Shown here: in pieces, positions 10,494-20,484 of the stretch
Layout of the letters: each line of letters opens with the position of its first letter
How positions within the stretch are numbered: the stretch's first letter is position 1
Assembly: GCA_046726415.1 (NCBI GenBank)
Contig: JBKPAK010000051.1
Location: 1 to 52,989, forward strand
Source of the DNA: Candidatus Methylomirabilota bacterium
Lineage (GTDB): Bacteria > Methylomirabilota > Methylomirabilia > Rokubacteriales > CSP1-6
Direction of reading: 5' to 3'
DNA: 52,989 bases
Notes under the pieces: generated by a model
Database searches by the model: none
Told to the model about the DNA's origin: nothing
What the model saw: only the letters and a program-made list of their open reading frames with translations
Program-made: the position numbers and the translations under genes

Positions 10494-11623
10494 CGACCCT
10501 CGAACGGCGATCGCTCACCATCCTTCATCTGGCCGCCAACCGATGGTGGACAGGAAGCGCGGATCCCGTGATTCGCCTGGTTCTGGCCCTGCGGCAGCGC
10601 GGACATCGTGCGCTGCTGGGCGTGATTCCCGGCGATCGCTTCGAGGCAAAGGCCCGTGAGGCTGGTCTGGATCTCGTCGCGTCCTTGCGCCTCCGGGTGC
10701 GGGGCGAGCCACTCGCGCTGGCGCGCGACCTGAGGCGAATCCGCGCGGTGGCCCGGGAGGAAGACGTGGATATCATCCACGCCCACCACTCGCACGACCA
10801 CTGGCTGGCCGCGCTCGCGGCCCCGCGCGGACGAAGTGGACGGCGCGTGCGGCTCGTCCGAACCTTTCACAACTTCCGCTCGGTGAGGGGAGGCGTGCTG
10901 GCCCGTGCGCTCTACCGCCGAACGGCGGCCATCCTGGCCGTGTCGCGGCGAATCGAAACGCGCTGCCATGACCTGGGGTTCTCACCCGAGCGGGTGATCT
11001 GGACCCCCGGCATGGCCGACCTTCCGCGCTTCGCGCCACAGGACAACGGCCTGGCCATCCGCGAGGAGTTCAAGCTCGGCACCGCTCCGGTCATCGTGAG
11101 CGTGTCGCGTTTCGCCCCTAACCGCGGCCACGAGCTGCTGCTCGCCAGCTTTCGACTGCTTCTCGTCCGGCTGCCCGAGGCGCGGTTGCTGCTCGTCGGT
11201 AAGGGGGAGAGGCGAGCGCGACTGGAAGCCATGGTCCACGAACTGGGATTGGGCGAGCGCGTAATCTTCACCGGCTACCGCGACCGCGATCTCCCCGCCG
11301 TGCTGGGTGCGGCCGACTGTTTCGCGCTCATGGCCGCCGGCTCTGACGACGCCTGCCGCGCCGCTTTGGAAGCCATGGCGGCGGGGCGAGCGGTGGTCGC
11401 CCGGCGCGTGGGCGCGCTGCCCGAGACCGTCGTCCATGGCGAGACCGGATGGCTCGTCGACGACGAGCGCCCCGAAAGTGTGGCGACGGCTCTGGAGGGC
11501 GTGCTGGCCGACCGGACGTGGGCCCAGGCCATGGGTCGCGCGGGCCGCCGCCGCGCCGAAAGAGAGTTCAGCGCGGAGCGGACGCTGGCCACCGTCGACG
11601 AGGTGTACCGCACACTGGCGTGA
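10490..11623 (+). CDS. Glycosyltransferase family 4
   Basis: GT-B fold; ALEAMAAGRAVVA, ETVVHGETG; GTG overlapping previous stop. Confidence 0.88.
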   Translation: MTTLERRSLTILHLAANRWWTGSADPVIRLVLALRQRGHRALLGVIPGDRFEAKAREAGLDLVASLRLRVRGEPLALARDLRRIRAVAREEDVDIIHAHHSHDHWLAALAAPRGRSGRRVRLVRTFHNFRSVRGGVLARALYRRTAAILAVSRRIETRCHDLGFSPERVIWTPGMADLPRFAPQDNGLAIREEFKLGTAPVIVSVSRFAPNRGHELLLASFRLLLVRLPEARLLLVGKGERRARLEAMVHELGLGERVIFTGYRDRDLPAVLGAADCFALMAAGSDDACRAALEAMAAGRAVVARRVGALPETVVHGETGWLVDDERPESVATALEGVLADRTWAQAMGRAGRRRAEREFSAERTLATVDEVYRTLA

Positions 11624-12729
11624 AGATCCTCCAGCTGATGTCCTGCAGGGGATGGTCCTCCGACGCGTATCTCGCCGCGCGGCTGACGTGCGAGCTGGCG
11701 CGGCGGGGCCACGAAGTATGCCTGGGGTGCCGCCGCGGCGCGGGCGCCCGCGTCGTCGACCGAGCGCGCGCAGAGGGCGTGGGACGGATGGACCTTTTCG
11801 ATTTCGCTGGCGGACTGGCGCCCCGAACCGACCCGGCCGATGTCCGTCGGCTGCTCACATGGCTGCCACGCGTCGACGCGGTGCACGTTCACCGCGGAAA
11901 GGAACACTGGCTCGCTGCCGTGGCCAACCGTCTGAGCACGACCCCGAGGCCGCTGGTGCGCACACGGCATATCGTCCAAGCGGTGCGGCCTCATGCGGGG
12001 AACCGATGGCTCTACGGACGCGCCACCGCGCTGGTGCACACCGTGAGTGAGGCGATGCGACGGCAGTACATCGCCAGCGGGTTGGTAACCGGTGAGCGCG
12101 TCGTGGCGCTGCCAGGCGGTGTCGACATCGCGCGCTACGAGCCGAGCACCTCGGACAGCCGGTGGCGAGCGAGGCTCGGTGCAAACGGGCGGACCATGCT
12201 GGTAGGGATGGTCGCTGGCCTTCGGGTCATGAAGGGGCACGAGGTCGTGATCGAAGCTGAGGCGACGCCGCGTCGGGCGTCGCCGCGGGTGCGTGTGGCC
12301 TTCGTGGGGAAGGGAAGGCACGAATCGGCCATCCGCGCGGCCCTGGCGCGGCAAGGTCTGGCTGGCCAGATCATTTTGACCGGCTTCGTGGAGGACATCC
12401 CGTCGCTCCTGTCTGCCCTCGACGTGGCGCTGTATGTCCCGTTGGAGTCGGAGGGCATGTCGCGCGTGCTCTTCGAGTACTTGGCCGCCGCCCGTCCGAT
12501 CATCGCGGCCCGCGTCGGGGTCGTTCCCGAAATCCTCCGCGACCGCGAGCACGGGCTCCTCGTTCCCGGCGGCGATGCCCCGGCTCTGCGGGGGGCGCTC
12601 GATGAGTTGCTCGGCGACCCCGCCCTGCGCCGCCGGCTGGGCGAGGCAGGGCGCGCCCTCGTCGCAGAGCGCTATTCCGGCGCGTGCCTCGCAGAAGCGC
12701 TCGAAAGACACTACGCGCGGCTGAGGTAG
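11620..12729 (+). CDS. Glycosyltransferase family 4
   Basis: KGHE, EGMSRVLFEYLAA, EHGLLVP; paralog-like to upstream GT4. Confidence 0.88.
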   Translation: MKILQLMSCRGWSSDAYLAARLTCELARRGHEVCLGCRRGAGARVVDRARAEGVGRMDLFDFAGGLAPRTDPADVRRLLTWLPRVDAVHVHRGKEHWLAAVANRLSTTPRPLVRTRHIVQAVRPHAGNRWLYGRATALVHTVSEAMRRQYIASGLVTGERVVALPGGVDIARYEPSTSDSRWRARLGANGRTMLVGMVAGLRVMKGHEVVIEAEATPRRASPRVRVAFVGKGRHESAIRAALARQGLAGQIILTGFVEDIPSLLSALDVALYVPLESEGMSRVLFEYLAAARPIIAARVGVVPEILRDREHGLLVPGGDAPALRGALDELLGDPALRRRLGEAGRALVAERYSGACLAEALERHYARLR

Positions 12730-12730
12730 C

Positions 12731-13864
12731 GTGAAAATCTCCGTCGTTGCCTTCGATCTATCCGACAACGCCACCGGGCGCGCCGATCTGCTGGCGCGAT
12801 TGCTAGCGCCCCGGTACGAGACGCGCGTGGTGGGGCCACGCTCCGAGGCGGAGATTTGGAGGCCGGCTCGCGCCGGCGGCGTGGCCTACTGCGCCCTTCC
12901 CGGCGGGCGGTATCCGGCATTCGCGGGACGGGTGCCCGCCTTGCTGGAGGAAATCGACGGCGACGTCATCTACGCGTCGAAACCGCGTCCCACCAGCTAT
13001 GGCCTTAGCCTGCTCGCGCGAGCGCGACGCGCGCGACCGCTCCTCCTGGACATCGACGACTGGGAGCTGGGCTTCTTCTATCGGGCGCGTCCCTGGCGGC
13101 GGATCGGGCGCGCGCTCAACGTCGGCAATCCAAACGGGCTCCCGTGGACATGGTTGATGGAGCGCCTGGTCGCGCGCGCCGACGCCGTGACGGTAGCGTC
13201 CCGGTTCTTGGAATCGCGGTTCGGTGGCACGCTGATCCCTCACGTGCGAGACACGGAGACCTGGACTCCGGAGCGCTTCGACCGCGAGGCCGGGCGGACC
13301 TCCCTCGGCGCTGACGGCCGCCCCGTCGTCATGTTCCTCGGGACCCCGCGCGCCTACAAGGGCATCGACGACCTCGTGGAGGCCGTGGCGCTCCTTCCGG
13401 CAGACGTCCTCCTGGCCATCGTCGGCGTGAAATCGGGCTCCCCGGAGGCCCGGCGATGGGCGTCGCGTCCCTTTGTCCGACTGGTGGGCGAGATCCCTTT
13501 CGACGAGGTGCCGCGCTACCTCGTGGCGGCCGATGTGGTGGCCGTTCCCCAGCGCGCCACCATCGACACCGTCGGCCAGGTGCCCGCCAAGCTGTTCGAC
13601 GCCATGGCCCTGGCCCGTCCCGTCGTCTCGACGCACGTCTCCATGATTCCCGAGATCCTCGACGGATGTGGTCTGGTAGTGCCGCCGGGCGACGTGCGCG
13701 CCCTCGGTGGGGCGCTCGGGCACCTGCTGGCCGATCGCGCTCTGGCCGAGGCCTTGGGCCGCCGGGCGCGAGCGCGCTGCGAGGAGCGCTATAGCTTCAC
13801 CACCGCGCGACAGCGGCTGTATCCGCTCGTCGAGCGGCTCGTCGCCTCGGGCGGACGCCGGTGA
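12731..13864 (+). CDS. Glycosyltransferase family 4
   Basis: YKGIDDL, PAKLFDAMALARPVV. Confidence 0.88.
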   Translation: MKISVVAFDLSDNATGRADLLARLLAPRYETRVVGPRSEAEIWRPARAGGVAYCALPGGRYPAFAGRVPALLEEIDGDVIYASKPRPTSYGLSLLARARRARPLLLDIDDWELGFFYRARPWRRIGRALNVGNPNGLPWTWLMERLVARADAVTVASRFLESRFGGTLIPHVRDTETWTPERFDREAGRTSLGADGRPVVMFLGTPRAYKGIDDLVEAVALLPADVLLAIVGVKSGSPEARRWASRPFVRLVGEIPFDEVPRYLVAADVVAVPQRATIDTVGQVPAKLFDAMALARPVVSTHVSMIPEILDGCGLVVPPGDVRALGGALGHLLADRALAEALGRRARARCEERYSFTTARQRLYPLVERLVASGGRR

Positions 13865-14970
13865 GAATTGCCGTCATCGCGCGTCCGTACTCCTTTCACG
13901 GCGGCGTGGAGCACGCCACCGAAGGGCTCTTGCGCGGCCTCGTCGAACGCGGCGAAGAAGTCGAGCTGCTCACGCCGGGGCCGCCGCCGCCAGTGTCGGG
14001 TGTGGGTGTCCGGCATCTCCGCGTGCCGCCACTGCCCGCCGCGGCTCGCATGCTCGCGATCGCCGTGGCCGCGCGGTGGGCGGTCCGGCGTGGGCGATGG
14101 GACATCGTGCAGAGCCATGAGCGGACTCTGGACCAGGACATCTATCGCGCCGGTGAGGGCTGCCACCGAGCATACCTGGCCAGCGTGGAGCGCCTCCCGC
14201 GGCGTCGGGTCTATCACGCCGTCGCGCTCGCGTTGGAGCGCCGGCTGTTCGCGCGCACGCCGAGGATCGTGGCCATCGCCGCCCGAGGGCGGCGCGAGAT
14301 CGAGCGCTTCTACGCGGTTCCAAACGAACGGCTGCGCGTGGTCTACAACGGCGTGGACCTCGATCGCTTCCATCCCAGGAACCGAGAAGTGCACCGCGAG
14401 GCGGCCCGTCGCGCCATGGGGGTTGCCGCGCCGACGTTCGTCGCCCTCTTCATTGGCAGCGGTTTCGAGCGCAAGGGGCTGGCCGCCGCCATCGAGGGGT
14501 TGGCGGCCATGGGCGATGCGTCGGCGCGGCTGCTCGTACTCGGTCGGGGATCGCGGGCGCCCTTCGAAATGGTCGCCGAGCGGCGCGGCGTCGGCGACCG
14601 CATCATCTGGCTGGGGCCGCGATCGGACACTGAGCGCTGGTACGCCACCGCGGATGTCGTGGTCCTCCCCACCCGCTACGAGCCGTTTGGCAACGTCCAT
14701 CTCGAGGCGCTCGCCTCTGGTCTTCCTGTGGTCACGAGTGAGCTGGCCGGCGGTGCGGAGTTGATCCAGGATGGGCTGAACGGGTATGTGGTGGATCCGT
14801 TCGAGTCCGGCGCGGTGGGACGCGCGCTCGACCAGGTCCGAACGAGTGATCCCGAGGCGATGGCCGCCGACGCCCGCCGCTCGGCCGAGCCCTTCACCCA
14901 TGCCCTCCAGGCCGACGGATTCGTTCGGATCTACCGGGAATTGAGGGCCGCAAGGGCTGAAGATCCTTGA
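13861..14970 (+). CDS. Glycosyltransferase family 4, WaaG/RfaG-like
   Basis: VQSHER, DIYRAGEGCH, GSGFERKG, YEPFGNVHLEALASGLPVV. Confidence 0.88.
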   Translation: MRIAVIARPYSFHGGVEHATEGLLRGLVERGEEVELLTPGPPPPVSGVGVRHLRVPPLPAAARMLAIAVAARWAVRRGRWDIVQSHERTLDQDIYRAGEGCHRAYLASVERLPRRRVYHAVALALERRLFARTPRIVAIAARGRREIERFYAVPNERLRVVYNGVDLDRFHPRNREVHREAARRAMGVAAPTFVALFIGSGFERKGLAAAIEGLAAMGDASARLLVLGRGSRAPFEMVAERRGVGDRIIWLGPRSDTERWYATADVVVLPTRYEPFGNVHLEALASGLPVVTSELAGGAELIQDGLNGYVVDPFESGAVGRALDQVRTSDPEAMAADARRSAEPFTHALQADGFVRIYRELRAARAEDP

Positions 14971-14980
14971 GGAATCAGCA

Positions 14981-16006
14981 ATGAGCGCTTACACTTACGC
15001 GGTGGATAGCGTGGGCCTGCGCTCCGCGGTGGAAGGTTTCAGCGACCGGACCGTAGCCGTCATCGGCGATCTCATCGTCGACGAGTACCTGTCCGGAAAG
15101 CCCGCCCGGATCTCCCGCGAAGCCCCTGTCCTCATCCTCCGTTTCACCGAGCGCGACGTACGGCTTGGAGGGGCGGCCAACGCCGCCCACAACGCCCATG
15201 CGCTGGGCGCTCGCGTCATTCCGGTCGGCGTGGTCGGCGGTGATAGTTTCGGCGAGGAACTCTTCGCGCTCTTCCGCCGGGAGGGCGTGAGGACGGATGG
15301 CCTCGTCGTGGAGGCGGGGCGGGAGACTCCCGTGAAGACCCGAATCATGGCTGGTGGCTATCGAGCCACGCGCCAGCAGGTCGTGCGATTGGACCGCGAG
15401 CCGGCGACTGAGGTTGCCCCCATCACCGAGGATGCGCTCCTCGAGCGCCTGTCGACGCTGGCCAGCCGCGTCGACGCCATCATCGTCTCCGACTACGGGT
15501 ACGGGACCGTCACGCCGCGGGTCTTCGAGCGCGTCCGGAGCATCGCCCAGCGCTGTGGTGCCGTGGTCACCGTGGACAGCCGCTACGATCTGCCGCGCTT
15601 CACCGGAATCACTGCCGCCACTCCGAACGAGCCCGAACTCGAGCAGCTCAGCGGCATGCCCGTCGACACCGAGCGAGCCGTCGAGAAGGCCGGGCGGCAG
15701 CTGCTGGAGCGTCTGGACGCGGGCATGCTCCTGGTGACCCGCGGCAGTCAAGGTATGGCCCTGCTGGAGCGCGACGGCGCCTCCAGTTTCATCGCCATCC
15801 ACGGCACCGACGAGATCGCGGACGTCACCGGCGCCGGCGATACGGTGATCAGTGCTTTCACAGTCGCCCTGGCCAGCGGCGCAGCGCCGCTCGACGCCGC
15901 CCATCTCGCCAACGTGGCCGGCGGACTGGTGGTGATGAAGCGCGGGACCTCTACCGTATCGCGCGCAGAGCTGGCGCGGAGCGTCGGCGCCCGCGCTCGC
16001 TCGTGA
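14981..16006 (+). CDS. hldA: D-glycero-D-manno-heptose-7-phosphate kinase (HldE kinase domain, RfaE-I)
   Basis: [38 protein letters not shown] (PfkB). Confidence 0.9.
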   Translation: MSAYTYAVDSVGLRSAVEGFSDRTVAVIGDLIVDEYLSGKPARISREAPVLILRFTERDVRLGGAANAAHNAHALGARVIPVGVVGGDSFGEELFALFRREGVRTDGLVVEAGRETPVKTRIMAGGYRATRQQVVRLDREPATEVAPITEDALLERLSTLASRVDAIIVSDYGYGTVTPRVFERVRSIAQRCGAVVTVDSRYDLPRFTGITAATPNEPELEQLSGMPVDTERAVEKAGRQLLERLDAGMLLVTRGSQGMALLERDGASSFIAIHGTDEIADVTGAGDTVISAFTVALASGAAPLDAAHLANVAGGLVVMKRGTSTVSRAELARSVGARARS

Positions 16007-16491
16007 CGCCGGCTGCTCTCGCCGGGCCCATGGCCCTCGACGAAGCGGCGGCACTGGCGGCTCGGCTACGGGCGGCGGGCCAGCGCATCGTGCTGGCCAA
16101 CGGCTGCTTCGATCTCCTTCACGTCGGACACGTCCGATATCTGCGCGCGGCCCGTGCACTGGGGGATGTCCTGTTCGTGGGCGTCAACTCGGATGCGGCG
16201 GTGACCCGCCTCAAAGGACCTGGGCGGCCCCTTATGGCCGCGACGGAGCGCGCAGAGCTCCTCGCGTCCCTGCGTGCCGTCGATCACGTGGTGGTGTTCG
16301 ACGATGACACCGCGGACCGTCTGCTGGCCGCCCTGCGGCCCGCCATCCATGCGAAGGGCACCGACTACGGGCCGGACAACGTGCCCGAGGCGGCGACGGC
16401 GCGAGCCCTGGGGACGGAGGTGGCCATCGTCGGCGACCCCAAGGATCACTCGACCGGCGACATCATTGCCCGCATCGCGGAGCGTTTTTGA
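16003..16491 (+). CDS. hldC: Heptose-1-phosphate adenylyltransferase (RfaE-II)
   Basis: [32 protein letters not shown]. Confidence 0.92.
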   Translation: MTPAALAGPMALDEAAALAARLRAAGQRIVLANGCFDLLHVGHVRYLRAARALGDVLFVGVNSDAAVTRLKGPGRPLMAATERAELLASLRAVDHVVVFDDDTADRLLAALRPAIHAKGTDYGPDNVPEAATARALGTEVAIVGDPKDHSTGDIIARIAERF

Positions 16492-17522
16492 TCGACGGTG
16501 AGGCGGGGCGCACGGCGATGAACGTCGCCATCGTCAAGCTCTCCTCGCTGGGCGATGTGGTGCACGCACTCCCGGTCGCCGCCGCGCTGCGCGCCCGTTT
16601 GCCGCATGGACGTGTCACCTGGGTCGCGGAGCGCCGCGAGGCCGCGCTCCTGTGGGGCAATGCGGCCATCGACGATGTCGCCATCGCCGACACCCGGGGA
16701 TGGCGGCGATGGCGGGGGTTGAAGACGGGAGTGCGCGCGGCGCTCGACATGCGGACGGTCTTTCGCCAGTTACGGGCGCGGCGCTTCGACGTGGCGCTCG
16801 ACCTCCAGGGGAACATCAAGAGCGGGCTCCTCACCGCCGCCACGGGCGCGGCAATCCGCATCGGCTTTGGCGCGCGCTACTGCCGGGAGCCGCTGAACGC
16901 CCTTTTTACCAATCACCGCATCGAACCGCCCGCCGCCGCTCGCCACATCGTCGATCAGCACCTCGCGTTGCTCGGGGCCCTGGGCATCGTCGCTCCCTCG
17001 GCCAGCTTCTGGCTCCCGTCGGATCCCACCGCCGCCGAGGCCATGGAGCGCTTCTTCGCCGGCCACGGGCTCAAGGCAGGAGATCGCGTGGTAGCGCTGA
17101 ATCCAGGGGCGGGCAAAGACGCGAAGCGGTGGCCCGCGGCGCGCTTCGCCGAACTGGCTCGGCGCCTCCGGGCCGAGGTCGGGGCCACCGTGCTCGTGGT
17201 ATGGGGACCGAAGGAGGTGAGCCGGGCCCAGGCCATCGTCGAGGCAGCGAGGATCGCAGGCGCCATCCTAGCCCCGCCCACTGATCTCCACGCGCTGTTG
17301 GCGCTCCTACGTCGGGTACGCGTCATGGTGGCCGGAGATACCGGACCGCTGCATCTGGCCGCGGCCCTGGGCCTCGCTTGCGTCGGCCTCTACGGCCCCA
17401 CGGATCCCGTGCGCAATGGTCCTTACGGACCCGGGCACCGAATCGTCTGCGGGTCCGGTGGCTCCATGCAGATGTTGCCGGTGGAACCGGTTCTCAGCGC
17501 CGTGGCCGCGCTGCTCGACTGA
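16488..17522 (+). CDS. waaC: LPS heptosyltransferase I (start may be ATG 16518)
   Basis: [40 protein letters not shown]. Confidence 0.9.
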   Translation: MIDGEAGRTAMNVAIVKLSSLGDVVHALPVAAALRARLPHGRVTWVAERREAALLWGNAAIDDVAIADTRGWRRWRGLKTGVRAALDMRTVFRQLRARRFDVALDLQGNIKSGLLTAATGAAIRIGFGARYCREPLNALFTNHRIEPPAAARHIVDQHLALLGALGIVAPSASFWLPSDPTAAEAMERFFAGHGLKAGDRVVALNPGAGKDAKRWPAARFAELARRLRAEVGATVLVVWGPKEVSRAQAIVEAARIAGAILAPPTDLHALLALLRRVRVMVAGDTGPLHLAAALGLACVGLYGPTDPVRNGPYGPGHRIVCGSGGSMQMLPVEPVLSAVAALLD

Positions 17523-17686
17523 GGGGCCGTTGGTGAACCACGTGGCGCCGGACTCCCGAAGAACAGGTTGCCGGCTTCACTCAGGAGACGCGGCTGACCC
17601 GCACGGCACTCGCTCAAGTCGCCGAGCAGCAGTTGATGAGGCGGCGAGAGAGCGAACGCTTCCCCCGCCGTCGCCAAAGTGGCGGT

Positions 17687-17726
17687 GGGGGGTGTGGGGG
17701 GGGGCGGCCCTCGCTCCCCCCGACGT
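17687..17726 (+). repeat. G/C-rich palindromic REP-like element
   Basis: GGGGGGTGTGGGGGGGGGCGGCCCTCGCTCCCCCCGACGT; hairpin; resembles elements at 20419-20459 and 36355-36389 (reverse). Confidence 0.6.
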
Positions 17727-17729
17727 GTA

Positions 17730-18485
17730 GTGCCTTCGCGCGCGACGTGCTCGGCTGTCGTCATCACGCGCAATGAGGCGCCGCGGCTGGGAACCTGCCT
17801 GGCGAGTCTGGCCTGGACCGATGAGATCGTCGTCGTGGACGCCGAGTCGAGCGATGCGACGGTGGAGATTGCGCGGCAGTTCACCGAGCGCGTCATCGTG
17901 CGACCGTGGCCCGGCTTTGCCTCCCAGAAGAACTTCGCCACCGGTCATGCGCAGGGGGACTGGATTCTCTCGGTGGATGCCGACGAAGAGGTGAGCACCG
18001 ACCTTCGCCGGGAAATCTTGGCCGTTCTTGCGGAATGGCCGCCGGTGGCCGGCTACGCCGTCCCCCGGCGGAACATCTTCTGGGGGCGCTGGATTCGTCA
18101 CGGGGGCCTGTACCCCGACTGGCAAGTGCGGCTCTTCCAGCGGGGCCGTGGGCGCTTCGTCGAGCGGGCAGTGCATGAGTCGCTCGAGGTCGCCGGCGAG
18201 GTGCAACGGCTCGGCGGCCCTCTCGTCCACCGAAGCTACGAGAGCGTCACCGAGTTCCTCGAACGGGCCCACCGCTACTCGTCCCTGGCCGCCGATGATC
18301 TCATCCGGGGCGGCGCGCGCATCGGCCCCGCGCAGCTGGTCTTGCGCCCCCTGGCCCGCTTCCTGAACATGTACCTGGTGCACCGCGGCTTCCTCGACGG
18401 CACGCCAGGGTTTCTTCTGGCGGCACTCTACGCGTACTATGTCTTCATCCGTTCGGCCAAGGTGTGGGAGAAGACGAGGGCCTGA
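17730..18485 (+). CDS. Glycosyltransferase family 2 (WaaE/KdtX-like LPS beta-glucosyltransferase)
   Basis: VITRNE, VVDAESSDAT, WPGFASQKN, SVDADE, VHE, GFLDG; start placed after the repeat. Confidence 0.88.
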   Translation: MPSRATCSAVVITRNEAPRLGTCLASLAWTDEIVVVDAESSDATVEIARQFTERVIVRPWPGFASQKNFATGHAQGDWILSVDADEEVSTDLRREILAVLAEWPPVAGYAVPRRNIFWGRWIRHGGLYPDWQVRLFQRGRGRFVERAVHESLEVAGEVQRLGGPLVHRSYESVTEFLERAHRYSSLAADDLIRGGARIGPAQLVLRPLARFLNMYLVHRGFLDGTPGFLLAALYAYYVFIRSAKVWEKTRA

Positions 18486-19474
18486 TGACGGCTGTGCGCG
18501 ACCGAGTCCTGTCCGGCATGCGTCCTACCGGGAAGGTGCACCTGGGAAACTATCTCGGGGCGCTCGACAACTGGGTTCGCCTCCAAGAGACGAACGAGTG
18601 CTTCTACTTCGTCGCCGACTGGCACCTGCTGACCGACCATCTCGACACGCGCGAGGTCCCCTCCAACACCATCGAGATGGTGGCGGACTGGCTTGGCGCG
18701 GGACTTGATCCCGAACGCAGCACCCTGTTCATCCAGTCGCTGGTGCCGGATCACGCCGAGCTGCATCTGCTCTTCTCGATGGTGACGCCGGTGAGCTGGC
18801 TGGAGCGCGTGCCGACGTACAAGGAGCGGATCGAGCAGCAGGAGATCGCCTCACCGTCGTACGGCTTGCTCGGCTACCCGCTGCTCCAGTCGGCGGACAT
18901 CCTCATGTACAAGCCCCGGTGGGTTCCGGTCGGCATCGACCAGGTGCCACACATCGAGCTGACGCGCGAGGTGGCTCGGCGCTTCAACCATGCGTTCGGG
19001 CCCGTTTTCCCGGAGCCAGACGCCAAGCTGACCGAGATCCCCAAGGTCACCGGAACGGATGGCCGGAAGATGTCGAAGTCCCTAGACAACTGCATCTATC
19101 TGTCCGATGGGCCCGAGGTCGTCATGCAAAAGGTGAAGCCGATGGTGACCGATCCGGCGCGGAAGCGGCGGACGGACCCCGGCAATCCGGACGTCTGTCC
19201 CGTGTTCGATCTGCACAAGATCTTCACGCCGCTCTCGGATCGCGACGACGCGGCTATGGGCTGCCGCACGGCGGCCATCGGCTGTCTCGACTGCAAGGGC
19301 ATCCTGCTCAAGCACCTGCTCCCGGCGCTCTCGCCCATCCGCGAGCGCCGGCAGGCGTTCGCGGAGAAGCCCGATCGGATCCTCGACATCCTCCAGGAGG
19401 GAACGCGGCGGGCTCGCGCGGTGGCCGCCACGACGATGGACGAAGTCCATCGCGCAGTGCACTTGACTCCGTGA
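18485..19474 (+). CDS. trpS: Tryptophan--tRNA ligase
   Basis: SGMRPTGKVHLGNY (HIGH-like), YPLLQSADI, VPVGIDQ, KMSKS. Confidence 0.97.
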   Translation: MTAVRDRVLSGMRPTGKVHLGNYLGALDNWVRLQETNECFYFVADWHLLTDHLDTREVPSNTIEMVADWLGAGLDPERSTLFIQSLVPDHAELHLLFSMVTPVSWLERVPTYKERIEQQEIASPSYGLLGYPLLQSADILMYKPRWVPVGIDQVPHIELTREVARRFNHAFGPVFPEPDAKLTEIPKVTGTDGRKMSKSLDNCIYLSDGPEVVMQKVKPMVTDPARKRRTDPGNPDVCPVFDLHKIFTPLSDRDDAAMGCRTAAIGCLDCKGILLKHLLPALSPIRERRQAFAEKPDRILDILQEGTRRARAVAATTMDEVHRAVHLTP

Positions 19475-20484
19475 GCACTGTCGAGTCCCCCGGGGCGCTC
19501 ACGCTCCGGGTTGGCGACTTCCAGGGTCCCCTCGACCTCCTCCTGCACCTGGCCCGCACCCAGGAGATCGACCTCGCGAGCCTGCCCATCCGCATCATCA
19601 CCGATCAGTACCTCGCGCATCTGGAGGCCATGGAGTTCCGGGATCTCGAGATGGCCGGGGCCTATCTCGTTATGGCAGCCACCCTCATCTATCTCAAGTC
19701 GAAGCTGCTGGTGCCGCCCGATTCCACAGCGCCGGAGCAGCTCGACGACGAGGGCGAGGCCCTGCGTCACGAGCTGGAGGAGCGGCTGCGCGCGTACGCG
19801 GGGATCAAGGCGACAGGAGCCTGGCTGGCGCAGCGCGAAGCCGAGCAGGCACTGCTCTGGGGACGGCCGGGAAGCTGCCTCCCGCCCCTCGACGACATCC
19901 CGCTCGACGATCTCAGCGTCCACCTCCTCGAGCGGACGCTGCGCCGGCTCATCGAGGAGCAACGCCGGCAGCGGCCGCGCGAGGTGGAGCCCAATCCTCC
20001 CTCCGTACTCGAGCGCATGACCGAGATCCTGGCGGTTCTTCGCGACGCCTGGTCGCTGCTATTCTCCGCGCTCGCCGGATCCGATCGCCGTCGCTCGGAC
20101 ATCGTGGTCAATTTGCTGGCCGTTCTCGAGCTGATCCGTCTCGGAAGAATCCGCGCCCAGCAAACAGAGCTGTTCGGCGAGATCGTGATCGAGCGACAGC
20201 CCGCGGCAGGCGCGACAACGGAGGGCGACATCCCGCTGGCCAGCGAATTCGACTCGACACCGCGTGAGCGGCCCGGCGCCAGTGGCCAGGGCGAAGGGGC
20301 GAGCGCGATCGAGGCGTCGCGGCGCACTGGGGGGGGCCTGCGGGGGGGCGCCGCGTCCGGGGCCGGGGCTACCGACAACAGCGAAGGGGCGAGCGCGATC
20401 GAGGCGTCGCGGCGCACTGGGGGGGGCCTGCGGGGGGGCGCCGCGCCCCTCCCGCACTTCAAGGACACCGGATCAGATGCCTGA
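19471..20484 (+). CDS. scpA: Segregation/condensation protein A with repeat-derived C-terminal extension
   Basis: FQGPLDLLLHL, YLVMAATLIYLKSKLL, LAVLELIR, Q.ELFGEI. Confidence 0.93.
   Translation: MSTVESPGALTLRVGDFQGPLDLLLHLARTQEIDLASLPIRIITDQYLAHLEAMEFRDLEMAGAYLVMAATLIYLKSKLLVPPDSTAPEQLDDEGEALRHELEERLRAYAGIKATGAWLAQREAEQALLWGRPGSCLPPLDDIPLDDLSVHLLERTLRRLIEEQRRQRPREVEPNPPSVLERMTEILAVLRDAWSLLFSALAGSDRRRSDIVVNLLAVLELIRLGRIRAQQTELFGEIVIERQPAAGATTEGDIPLASEFDSTPRERPGASGQGEGASAIEASRRTGGGLRGGAASGAGATDNSEGASAIEASRRTGGGLRGGAAPLPHFKDTGSDA
20291..20445 (+). repeat. Two identical 65-bp direct repeats (20291-20355, 20381-20445; 90-bp period) inside scpA
   Basis: GCGAAGGGGCGAGCGCGATCGAGGCGTCGCGGCGCACTGGGGGGGGCCTGCGGGGGGGCGCCGCG occurs twice; encodes EGASAIEASRRTGGGLRGGAA twice. 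Confidence 0.95.

Noticed and set aside
20291-20445. Repeat-spacer-repeat as a mini CRISPR array
   Set aside because: There are only two 65-bp units with a 25-bp gap, in frame within scpA, and no cas genes.
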